DNA of 64,000 nt from Azolla caroliniana (lineage: Eukaryota > Plantae > Polypodiophyta): the NCBI GenBank assembly GCA_043228905.1, contig JBHGNT010000010.1, positions 8,928,001 through 8,992,000 on the forward strand, read 5' to 3'. The position numbers and the translations under genes were made by a program. The stretch's first letter is position 1. Every line of letters starts with the position of its first letter. Positions 12,532 through 23,794 of this stretch are shown piece by piece. The notes below the pieces were generated by a model, which ran no database searches, was not told the DNA's origin, and worked only from the letters and a program-made list of their open reading frames with translations.

Positions 12532-12904
12532 TTCTGTGTCGGGGTCGGACTGCGGTGGCGAGGATGGATGGTGATGAGAGCGGGGTTGAGAAAGAGAGAG
12601 TTCAGGAGGCGGGGGTTCTCTGTGCGCAGGTTCTCTTCTGATAATCTTGCAGCGTTTTCGGTGCTTCTGTGCTCCTGGGTTCGCGAAAATAGAGGGTCTC
12701 TACGCGCAATGGTTTTTGTCTGTGCATTCTGGCGCCTTTTTCGAGTTTGTGCATGTCGCGTACTTAAAATAGCATTATGTCTTGTGGTGGCGCTTTAAAT
12801 GCCCACTACGCACCTTTTCGCTCCACGCTCTTTCATCCATGCATTCCTCGCTTTTGCATGATTGTTTTTTTTTTTTTTCTGTTATTATTATTATTACTGT
12901 GACG

Positions 12905-15900
12905 TCACATGTTCGTTGGTCCTCCCAGACCCTTACCGGCCACATTCTCTCCGGTTACCGGCTTGCCGTCCCTGCCGTCTTCGTGGTTGCCGTCGGTCCT
13001 TTGCTCAAACGGGTTCTTAGGCATCGGTCCTCTATATGCCTTTAACCGGAATCCATTCACCCATTTGCCCAGCACTTCGCCGGCAAGTGTCCCCAACTGG
13101 TAGGACCCATTATACTCCCGTGTTAGCCAATATGGTCTGGTCCATCTAAACCTTAGTTTACCCGGCATCTTGCCCATCCGGGTTTGGAATACTAGCACTG
13201 GTTTGCCAATTGCGAACATTTTTTCGTCACCTTTCCTGTGCCGGTCGACGAATGCTTTCCGTCGCCGTTGCTCTAATTCTAAATGTAGGATGCTGGCCAA
13301 CCGTTGTTCCTCCAGCTCACACAGCGTTGTCAACCTTATTGTCTCCAACTCCTTCTCGTTCAGCCGTTCTCGTAGCTGAATCCATAAGCTAGGTACTTGA
13401 AATTCTATCGGCATGACCGCCTCGAGTCCGAACGCCAACCGGAACGGTGTTGTTCGGATGCTCGTTTTGTATGCCGTCTGGTATGCCCAAAGCGCGCTAT
13501 GTAGCTTTGTGTCCCAATCCGTCCGGTTCTCGTTGACGATCTTCCGAAGGATGTTCTGGAGCGTCTTGTTTGTTGATTCCGCTAATCCGTTCGCCTGTGG
13601 ATAGTAAGGTGTGCTTCGTTTGTGGACCACGGCATAGAAGGTCGTTAGGCTTTCCACCATTTGTCCGAGAAAGTGCCCCCCTTGGTCACTTATCAATTCA
13701 ATGGGGCATCCGTAACGGCACCAGATGTACTCATATAGAAACTTTGTCGTTGACGCAGCGGTGTTATCCCGTAAAGCTTTGGCCTCCACCCATTTCGTGC
13801 AGTAATCCGTAGCAACGATAACGTACCGATTACCCGTTCTCATTGCCGGTGGCTTGAACGGTCCTACAAAGTCCAACCCCCACTTTTGGAATGGCTCGAG
13901 TGGTAGTACCGGCTGGTGTGGCATATGAGCCTACTCCGTTGGCTGGCCCATTCTCTGGCATAGGTCACATTCTTTTGCGTACCGTACCGCATCTCTTAAT
14001 GTCGTTGGCCACCATAGGCCACTTTGCCATATTTTTCTGGCTGTTGCATCTCCGGCATAGTGACCTCCGGCAACTCCGCAGTGGGCTTCCCTCAGTATCA
14101 GTTCCTTTTCATCGCTGCGCACCGCCCGTCTCCATATGCCGTCAGCTCCCTTGTGGTACAGTGTGTCTTGCAGTAAGCAGAAATGTCGGCTTTGTACCGC
14201 CAGGCGTTTCCGTTCGTCCCGGTTCAGCTCTTCCGGAGGCAGTTCGATGCTCAGAAACTGGTGCATATTTGTGAGCCACTTGTCTTCCTGGGCCACTGTC
14301 TCATCTGCTGCCGTCTCCGTAGTGACTCGAAATAGCTCCGCATCCGGAAACTCATCCGGTACTCCGTCACCCGTCTCTCCGGACTCCAATCGGCTTAAGT
14401 AATCCGCTACGGCATGCTGTATACCGGGTCGGTGGAATATTTCAAACTCGAACTCCTGTAACAGTAAGGTCCACCGGGCCAATTTGCCGGTGAGTGACGC
14501 CTTGGACACCAGGTAAAGGAGTGCTGAATGATCTACATGGAAGGAAAACTTCCTTCCCAATAAATAGTGCCGAAACTTTGTCACACTGTAGATCATTCCT
14601 AGAGCTTCCCGTTCCGTAGTAGAATAGTTCCGTTCTGTTTGGGATAGCTTCCGGCTGGCATAGTACACTGGCCGGTACCACTTTGGTTCCGTAAGCTGCA
14701 TCAGTACACTTCCGATTGCAATGTCGGAGGCGTCCACGAACACGTGAAATTCTTTACTCCAATCCGGAGGCTGTACTACCGGTGCCTGCGACAATAGTAC
14801 CTTGAGGGCCTTATACGCCCTATCCTCAGTATCGGTCCACTGGAATGGTGTCCGATGTATGGCGGCATGTAACGGTGTAGCCAGGTCGGCCAAGTATCGG
14901 AGCATCCGGCTGTGCCACCGGATTTGGCCTAAGAACCGGCTCAATGCCTTTGCCGTTGCCGGCTCCGGTGCTTCTAATATGGCTTTCACTTTGTCCGGGT
15001 CGACTGCTATACCTTCCTGGTTTACGATATGTCCTAATAAAGTTCCACTGGACACGCCAAATACACACTTTGCCGGATTCAAGCTTAGCCGGTACGCTCT
15101 ACACTTTTCTAGACAAAGACGGATGTGCTGAAAATGGTCCTCCTCCCGACTATAGACGGCGAAATCGTCAAGGAAAACCTGCATAAAAGCCGGTATATAT
15201 TCACCAAAGATTTCCATGATGATTCTTTGAAACGTTGCTGGTGCTGTTTTGAGTCTGAACATCATCACTACGGCCACAAATACCCCCCATTCGGTGACGA
15301 ATGTCGTTTTCTCTTGGTCGTCAGGGTGCATCCGGATCTGATTATATCCGTTGAATCCGTCTAGGAAGCTATAGACCTCATGGCCGGCGACGGCATCCAA
15401 CACTCCATCTGTGAACGGAAGTGGAAATGCATCTGTTACCGTACCCGCATTGAGTTTCCGGTAGTCCACGCAAACTCGAATTTTTCCGTTCTTCTTCGGT
15501 ACGACTACGATCGGGCTCAGCCATGTCGCTTTCTTTACTGGACGGATAAAGCCAACTCTTAGCAGTTTGTCGATTTCTTCCTTGACCTTGGCAACATAAT
15601 TGGGATTCATTCGGTACCGTCTTTGTGCCACTGGTTTTGCGTCCTTGCTCAAGTGCACTTGATGCTGGTATAACTGAGGGTCGAGTCCTCGCATGTCTTC
15701 GTATGACCAGGCGAATACGTCGCGAAATTCCGTGAGGAGTGTTATCATCGCCGTTTTGTCTCCGGACTTCATCTCCTTGGCGATGTGCACCGGTTTTGCT
15801 TCGTCCGTGGTGCCTAAATTCACCTCTTCCAATTGCGATGCTTTTACGCGCTGTGAAACGGCCATTTCCCGTTCCAACGCTTCCTGCGCTTGCCGTAACT

Positions 15901-18738
15901 CCCGGATTGCGTCTTTATCCGGTTCTGCTTCCGCCTCTTCCGGTTGCGGTAAGTACGGTGCTACGGCTTCGGCAATGTCAATTTCGAAGAGGGGTATGAT
16001 CTTCGGGTTTTCCTGCAGGTATTGAGCTTCTTCTTCGTCCGCTAACCCTTCGAGCATGTTGACGCATTCCGCATACAACGGTGTACATTCCCTGCCAGTA
16101 CTCGTCCTTGGCTGTGTTGGTACCCGTACCTTGGCTTTTCCTCGCCGGAAGGTAATTATATTTTTTCGCCAATTTTGTTTGATATGTGCCGTTTTCAACC
16201 ATGGCCGCCCCAGCAATAGTGGGTATGCGCCTTGTGCCTGTAATTGTAGCACTACGGCCGAGATGTGAAATGTATGCCCGCCGACGGTGACTTCTAATTT
16301 CCGTATTAATCCTGTCGGCCGCACTGAGCTTGTATCGGCCATCCGCAACAAGAACGAACACGGCTCCCACTCGTGGATTCCTAGGTCCTCACACGTCCGG
16401 AGGCTTATTACATTTACCTCAGAGCCTCTGTCTATAACTGTGCCGGGGAGTTCTTTCCCTTTTACAATGGCAGTGATTACCGGACTGCTGGTGTCTACCA
16501 CTGTTGGTCCCTCCTCCGGATTCGAGAAGAGTACCGGTGCCGGTGATGGTTCTCCTGCCGTCATGGCCATCTTCAGTCCTTCCGTGAATCTAGGCACGAG
16601 TTGTAGGAGTCTTCCTAGTGGTAACGTAATCTGGCATTCTTGCAACGCCTGCCATGTCTCGTTCTCGGAGTGACTACCGCCGGCAAGCCCTGCGGTGTTC
16701 TCCTTTTGTTGTTGTAAGTCTGTGACATTCTGCTCGTTCGCTTTCTTTACCCATTCCGTTGCTTGTTTGCGGATGGTCTCCTGTGTCTCCCATTCTTTGG
16801 CCATGCCCTTCGATCTTGTGGTCACCTGCTGCAGGTCTGCCACCTCAGGGACTACCATATTTACCGCCGGTCGTTTTTCATAGCTCTTCACCGGGCATTG
16901 GTTACTATAATGGCCTTCTTGTCTGCAGTAGTAGCAGTAGGCTTTCTGGGCATTGCTAGATTCGGCATTATCTGTTGTACCCGGGGCAGGTCCTACGGTA
17001 CGCGCGGGGTTTTGTATCGGTTGGCTACTTGGAGCGCCTTGTTCCGGATCCCGGGGGTAGCCGCCTTTTTTAAAATGCCGTTTTTTGTTAAAGCTCTTCT
17101 TATTACGGTACTCTTGACAGGGTTGCCCGTTATATCGGCCGTATTCCTCCCGTTGCTGACGATACCCGGGGGAGTGCTCCCGGTCGTACTGTTCGTATCG
17201 TCTATTGTAATCCTGGTGCCGATCATGCCGGTCATAGTTATCTCACCGATCACCGTACCGGACATCATTTTCCCGTCGCTCGCCGTACCGGACATTATTT
17301 TCCCGTCGCTCGCCATACCGGACATCATTTTCCCGTCGCTCGCCATACCGGACATCCTGTGCCGGTCGGTCACGGTCCATTCGCCGCCAGCGTTCGTCTT
17401 CTTCATCCCGGCTGCTGCGTGGCTCAATTTGTCGGACGGGCGGTGCTTGCCGAGTCAACAGGTTATACTCGCACCTATCCGTCGTATGGCTCTTGGACTG
17501 ACAGATTACACATTGCGTCCTCATAGTGCATTCTAGAGCCGAGTGTCCGGAATTCAAGCAGGTTGTGCACTGTATTGCTTGCCGAAACCGGAGGTCTTCA
17601 TCGGACGGTAACGCCTGGTTAAGTGCGCCCAGTGTGAGCCAGGAGCTTGTCTTTTCCATCTCTTTCACCCGGTCAATGACCTGGTCGATGGTACTTGTAC
17701 GGAAATCGATTACCGTGCAAACCGTGCGTAGGGGTTCCCGGAGCGCGTTTAGGAATATCGTCCGTAATTCCTCCTCCGGGGGTGCACGGGTAAGCTGACT
17801 ATGCATCCGTTGAAACCGAATGACAAATTGGGGAATGCTCTCCCCTGCCTCTTGCCGGATAGTATAAAATAAGCCTACCATTACGGTCTGGTCCACCTCC
17901 TTTTGAAAAAAATGCATGAATTTAGCTTTTAAATCTGCAAAGGTGTTGATGGTAGACGGGTCCTGCGTCTGACGCCATTTGCTGCCGGTCCCTCCAATGT
18001 GACGCCAAACTCTGCTATCTTAGAGCGTTCTTCTTCCTCCGGTGTCAGTCGCTGAGACACATGGTTGGCTTCCCATGTCTGTTCAAATGCGTGCACATGA
18101 GCTTCCGCGTCCGGATCATCTCTATACTTACAGTACTGGAACGGCATGTCGTCGTCCAATATCGGTGCGCGGGCTGGTAGTGTTGGTGCTCGTTCCGGAA
18201 TTTTCTCCGGTGTCGGTGGTCTTTCCCGATTTGATTCCGGTGTCGGTTGTTTCTCTTCCGCTGGTGACGGAGGCCTCTCCTCCTCGACTTCTGGTGTCGG
18301 AGGTCGTTCTTCTTCTGCTGGTTCCGGGGGTTCCAGCGTTAGCACTTCCGGTTCCGGTTCCGGTGTCGGTAAGGTATCCGATCCTTCGTCCTCCGGTCCG
18401 CCCGGGGTTTCGTTGTTGCTACGGTAGTTCGTGTGCACGCTGTATTCCCCTTCCGAGTCCGATTCATATGCTGCAAAGGCCTCTGCTTCGCCTTCTCCAT
18501 TTGCCAACGCGTGGAGAAGGGATTCGGTTTCTCGGAGGCTGCTTAGGCTGCTGCCGTCGTCCGGGTGCGATGTTTGCTGTAACCAGTGGGAGTCCTCCGC
18601 TACTCTCCGGATTACGTTGGAAAACGAGCGATCCGCTCTAATTTCCTGCGCCGCTTGCTGGAAAGCCTCACATCTCCTTTGCCTTTCGGCAAGGCGTCGT
18701 GTTCGATCTGTAACCAGGTCGTGTGTTGATCTAGACAT
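12905..18738 (-). pseudogene. gag-pol of element A
   Basis: Three CCHC knuckles (CTTCLNSGHSALEC, CVICQSKSHTTDRC, CYYCRQEGHYSNQC); PR VIDRGSEVN..LLLGRPWL; RT FLDDF; RH VDASD..EREALG; INT WGLDFVGP..SDQG..NGLAE. One frameshift near 17970; in-frame stops at 17243 and 13931. Confidence 0.93.
17245..17356. repeat. 30-bp tandem repeat in gag (DVRYGERREN, ~3.5 copies)
   Basis: GGACATCATTTTCCCGTCGCTCGCCRTACC repeats. Confidence 0.85.
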
Positions 18739-18774
18739 CCATCCGTGCCGTCATTCGCTACAAAAACAGGAATC

Positions 18775-18784
18775 GTGGTCGCCA
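18775..18784 (-). other. PBS of element A (TGGCGACCAC, tRNA-Arg-like)
   Basis: 7 nt inside the 5' LTR; the same motif and spacer occur at 60800-60817 in the related element. Confidence 0.7.
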
Positions 18785-18791
18785 AAAACTG

Positions 18792-19224
18792 TGTTAACTC
18801 TTCGGGCCGGACAATGGCCTAATACAGGGTGTCTACGTGAGACACTTCACCAAAGGGTGTTACGGCAACCGGATTAGACTTCAACGCTTAATCCGACTTA
18901 GTTAAGTTACTTATTAGGATTGTCTTCATAACACGCGTAAGATATAACAATTAAGACAGAATGGCAATTGACACAGAGATATAACAACGCTTAAGCTTTC
19001 ATTAATTAACCGCTAACTATTACATTGTATCCGGGCCTTTAAATAGGTTTCCGGTCTGTATTACAAAACGGTGCCATCCGCACCTGTTCGGGATCGGTCC
19101 GGATCCGGAATGGCATACCGATTCCGGTCCGTCCGTCCACACTCATAGCTTAATTACAACCACATTCCTACTACTTAATTAGCTCTCCGTTTCCCACTCT
19201 GGACTCCTTTGCCGGCCGGTAACA
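18792..19224 (-). repeat. 5' LTR of element A
   Basis: Pair of 9270-9702. Confidence 0.95.
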
Positions 19225-19454
19225 TTCGCCAAGGGGGGACCCTTCTTCCCTAGTCAAATCGCTTTGTTCCTTGTCCCTTCCGACAGAGATACGCACAAAT
19301 CCCCTAATAAATGTGTACTACCTAGTATTTACATCAGCCGACCTAATTATGAATTATGTACAAAATATCAATTCTCGCGTCCACCCATGTAAGAGCCGGT
19401 TCATGCCCCTTTTTCGCCAATTCCGCCTACGGCTGGTTTTCTTCACGACAACAT

Positions 19455-22026
19455 GCCCTCAAGCTCAATTGTGAGGCATCCGACATCTGGTTCTACTTTC
19501 GGCGTTGCCCGGCTTCGTGTGCTTCCGTCCTGCCTTCAGCTTTCTTCGCCGTGGCAATCTTGGTTCCTCCCCCTGAAGCCGATGATGAAGGCTTGTAGTG
19601 TGTGGGCGAAGGTCGACTACTTCCACCCATCGTGGGTTACGAGCCACTTCTGTAGGGCTCTCGGGATCTTGTTCGGCCGCCATCTTCATCATGAAGGCAT
19701 ATAATGATGGGTGATGTACTTGTTTTAGCCGAGCCGAGTGACGGGGTTCTTCTCTTTAGAAGAGCGTCGAAGTTTTTCACTCGTCGATGTGAGCGCCTTC
19801 TTTACTCCAGGTGTCTGCATGATGGGTACACCAAACTCACTGTCTAGTGAGGGAGCCGACACATCCGAATCACTGTCGTCGGAGTGGGCTACTTCGTATT
19901 CGGGCATCTTTCCTTTGCCTTTGTCCAAGGTCGTACTTGGTCGCGACATGTTTGGGTCGCGTGGGGGCTCTTGTAGCCCAGTAAGCCTTGTTGTAATTGG
20001 ACTTTCTTCAAACATGTGTTCGAAGCGATCTCCATCTTCTACCTCTAGTTTGGCGGATTCCGGGTCGAGCGGAATCGGAGTCGAAGTTGTCTCTGGTGTG
20101 TACCAGGATGCGGACTCGTCAAAGACTACGTCTCGACTTACCCGAACCGCTCAGGTAGAAGGGTTGTAGCACTTGTATGCCTTCTTCTCGCACGAGTATC
20201 CTATGAGGATACATTCCTTCGACTTCGCGTCAAGCTTCTGTCGTTGTTTGTTCGGGATGCGTACATTTGCAATGCTTACGAACACCTTGAGGTGAGACAA
20301 GATCGGCTTCCTTCCGACGAGGAGCTCGTATGGAGTTAGCTCATGCACTCCATTAGTGGTGCATCGATTCATGAAATAGACAGACGTGGATGCCGCTTCG
20401 GCCCAATAGAAGTTCGACATGTGCTTCTCATGCATCATGGCTCGTGCTACCTCGAGTATTTGCTGATTCTTCCTATCGGCGACTCCATTTTGTTGGGGTG
20501 TGTGTCGACACGATAATTCTCTACGAATTCCTTCACTTTAGAGGTTTCTTTTTCGACTTGGCCCTTGAGCTTTTGGAGGTGGGAGAACACTTCGCTCTTC
20601 TTCTTCATCGGGAAGATCCACGCGAAGCGCGAGTAGTCGTCAATGAAGGTGATGTAGAATCGGCATCCGCCAATCGTCGGCGTTTGAGCCGGTCCCCATA
20701 CATCCGAGTGTATGATGTTGAGGAGGCCTTTGCTTGCGGAGCTCTCCTTCGTAAATGAGAGTTGATGTTGTTTGCCGAGTTGACACGCTTCGCATACTCG
20801 GTCGACTCGTTTCGACTCGAAGGTCGGAAGTTCGATGACGACTCCCTTTGTTTGCATAGCTCAGAGCCGTTGGAGGTTTATGTGGCTGATTCTCTTGTGC
20901 CACAACTCGATTTCTCGATTTTGAGACCTTTGACATACATGGCCAATTTCACCTCGTTCGAATCGAGGATGAACATGCGACCGTCTCTCCATCCCTTGGC
21001 TATGAGTCGGCCATCTCTCTAGATGAAACAACCTTCGTTGTTGAAGTGGACTTGCATGCCTTGCTCCACGATTTGGCCGACCGAGACCAAATTCTTCGTT
21101 ATTGTGGGCACGTGCAAGACATTCTTGATGCAAATTTGTTCGCCTTCTTTCCCAAATGGGACATTGCCGATGGCTGAATGGGATGTGTGGTGTCATCTCC
21201 CGTCTCTATGAAGCTGGGTCGGTCCGGCGTTCGTAAGTCACGAAACCACTTTTGGTGTGACGTCATATGATGTGAGGCTCCGGAATCGACGAACCACACA
21301 TCTTCTGAATTTGAGGTGCTTGCGGAGTCAGAGGCCGACATAGAGTTCGCTCTATGCCTCATTACGAATAGTCCACCGTTGTTGTCGTATTTGGAGTTGG
21401 CGGCGTAATTCATGAGTTGTCGACTTGTCGAAGCCGACTCCCTCTTCTTTTTCCGCATTCCTCCTCATGGTGGCCGATTTTTCCGCAATAGTTGCAAATT
21501 GCAGGCCTCATTTGCCAACCTTGTTTGGCATGGAAGCTCCCCCTTCTTCCGAAGGTTCGTTGATGGCTTCCGTGAAGGTTTGAGTTCCCTTTGTGTGATG
21601 GGCCGAATTGGTCGCTTCTACCGCTATGACCTCGTCCTCGCCCACCGTCCGAACTTGAGAAGAACATTTTGTCCTTCCGACGTATTCGTTTTGGTTGGGA
21701 CGTGGTTCTCTTCGACCAATAACATTGATTTGAGGTCGAAGAATGAAGGGGGGTTTTCTCTCGCCAAGAATGTTGTCCGTAATGGATCGAATCATTGTAT
21801 GAGGCCACCCAAGCATACTTGAACCATCTCATCTTCATCGACATTTATGTTGATGGAACGAAGCGAGTCGCAAATGCTCCTAATTTTGGCGGTGTAGTCC
21901 GACACATACATATCTTTTTGCCGAATGTTGTTCAACTCTTGTTGGAGTTGACACTTTCAGGCGATTGTGTTGGCAGCGAACATTTTCTTTAAGTTCTCCC
22001 ACGCCTCTTTGGGCGTCTTGGCATCT
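19455..22026 (-). mobile_element. Copia C1 internal region: gag, protease, integrase; RT/RNase H missing; 5' truncated
   Basis: CNYCGKIGHHEEEC, WFVDSGASHHMT, LWHKRISH, CEACQLGKQ, IHSDVWGP, FIDDYSR, YWAEAA, KLDAKSKECILIGY, then straight to a PPT-like AGCTTGAGGGC. Confidence 0.85.
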
Positions 22027-22143
22027 CCTTAGGCAAGGCGATCTAAAACCACTAAACCGTTTTGGCATATTAGTTTAGCCTTGAGCCAAGCCATTGTTGA
22101 TTCTTAGTTCGTGGATATATTCATTGAGAATTTGGCGAGTAGA

Positions 22144-23060
22144 TTTTTTTTTCAAAATGAAGCTACTTTCCCATTAGTTAGGAAGGATTATTACATAGAG
22201 AGTCTACAAGGAGACTTATACACACATCGGGGGGAGTCTTCCTCCGATCAAGTAAAAGAAAATGAGCCTACTTACAATGTCTTGCGGCCTAACTTAATCT
22301 AAGAAGCTACCTATATCCAAGGCGATGCCCTTCAATGTTGCCTAGTACAAGTCGGCTCTTGGGGTCTACAACGAAGAGAGGGTGGCAGGTGAGTAGGAAA
22401 CAACCAACGTGGGGGTTGGTAGTTCCACCTCGGGCCACTCCTGCCTTGCATCACCATAGGTGTGTTCCGCCATTTCTGCCAAAAGCGCAAACAGGCAGTG
22501 ACCACGTCGTTGGAGTGGCTACAAACCTCTTCTAGTTGCCCTCGTAGGCAGTTGATAAGTGCGAACCCTGAACCGTACCTTGGAAAACCTTGAGGCAACG
22601 CGCTTTCCATATATACCACAAGGTGAAACCTGTGATCAACATCCAGATTTTCGGAAACCTAGGGATGCGGGCTACAAGCCTCTTTTAAAACGGATCTTGA
22701 CGATTTTGCCTCTCGTGCATACATAGCACCAACTATCCGCATTGACGGTGTCCGTCCACCCTTCGACCAAGTGATCAATCCATGCCACAACGCTCCACGA
22801 GGTTGTTCCTTCAACTTCACATGCCGCAAGGAGGCGAGTCACTCTATCCCATAACTTTTGAGCTTGAGGGCAATCCCACAGACAATGTCTCAGAGTCTCA
22901 ATAGGTCAAGAGCATAGTGGGTAGCCTAACGGGCCGCCACGTTTATCTAGCCATTCGCCAACGGGCACCACATTATGACCGATCTACCACCAAAAGAGCT
23001 TGATCTTTTCAGGCATGTGGAGACGCTAGAGCAGCTACAAAGTCCGACCCAATTTAGTCC
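22144..23060 (-). mobile_element. L1-type LINE 3' remnant
   Basis: Minus-strand zf-RVT-like KIKLFWW..HNVVPVGEWL..RHCLWDCPQAQKLW and WYIWKARCLKVFQG; T-run at 22144-22152 is a possible poly-A tail. Confidence 0.7.
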
Positions 23061-23158
23061 CCCTAATGGTGCACTCACTCTTCTTCTTTGTTGAGAAGAT
23101 AGTCGATTGATTATTCTCTTTGCTTGTGCATGGAATCTCAAGGATGGAGCCACGTCAC

Positions 23159-23590
23159 CAATCGGCAACGGTTCGGTTTGGTTTAAAAGGGTCCAAACAA
23201 AACCGGTTTGAAACCGAACCGTTTAGAGATGTTGAAACCTAAACCGAACCACGAACCTATTAACCCGAACCATTAAAAAAAATCAAACCGTTAAGCCATT
23301 AGACCGGTAAAACTGCGGTTTCGTGGTTCGGTTTCGGTTTTTAGGTTAGGTCAAATTTTTAATTTTTAAAATTTCAAAAAATTTAAAAGTTTCGTTATTT
23401 AAATTTTAATATTTTTCCCAAAATGTGAGAAAATATTATTTAAAAACAAATCTTTTCCATTTTCTTTTTAATTTAAAATAAATAATAAATAAAAACGTTA
23501 AACGGTTTAAACCGCCGTTTTTAACTGTTTAAACCGAACCGTTTAAATCGTTAAACCGTTAAGCTGCGGTTCGGTTTCAGTTGCCGATTG
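23159..23590. mobile_element. hAT-like MITE
   Basis: 11-bp TIR CAATCGGCAAC/GTTGCCGATTG, many AACCG/CGGTT subterminal repeats, AT-rich core. No TSD seen. Confidence 0.65.
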
Positions 23591-23644
23591 TTATACATAT
23601 TGATATACCCATTTGTTGCGTTTCTAAACCCTATATGTATCTAT

Positions 23645-23727
23645 CATGTTCTGCGTTTTTTAGTTTCTGAGTTCTGCGTCTTTTGAGTTTCTGAGTTCTG
23701 CGTTTTGCAGATATAAAATATAAAAGG
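23645..23727 (+). promoter_or_regulatory. Probable core promoter of the PEBP-like gene
   Basis: Three ~24-bp repeats containing GTTCTGCGT, then TATAAAATATAAAAG about 70 bp before the ATG, then a purine-rich leader. Confidence 0.55.
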
Positions 23728-23794
23728 AGAGACAGACAAAGGAGAAGGAAAAGGAGGAGGTAGAATCTGAGTGAATATAATTCATACCACACTA

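Larger units (their letters stand above)
9270..19224 (-). mobile_element. Ty3/Gypsy element A (non-chromovirus, OTA/Phygy-like), full length 9955 bp, with 3' extra ORF
   Basis: 433-bp LTRs with 8 differences counted by eye, perfect TSD TTCGC (9265-9269/19225-19229), PBS, gag-PR-RT-RH-INT, no chromodomain. Confidence 0.95.
1933..19450 (-). mobile_element. Ty3/Gypsy element B (fungal/Ylt1-like RT), degenerate, hosting three nested insertions
   Basis: Matching LTRs (TGTYGCGAAG...CTTCACRACA), PBS 8787-8804, PPT 4128-4144, gag then RT-RH-INT, flanks ACGT (1929-1932) and ACAT (19451-19454). Confidence 0.9.

Noticed and set aside
13931-13933. Programmed stop-codon readthrough before the integrase core
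   Set aside because: A2 has CAA (Gln) at this position, so it is a point mutation.
16763-17536. 257-aa hydrophobic plus-strand ORF (env-like?)
   Set aside because: Antisense to the R/D-rich gag repeat; its hydrophobicity follows from complementary codons. The same applies to 59020-59607.
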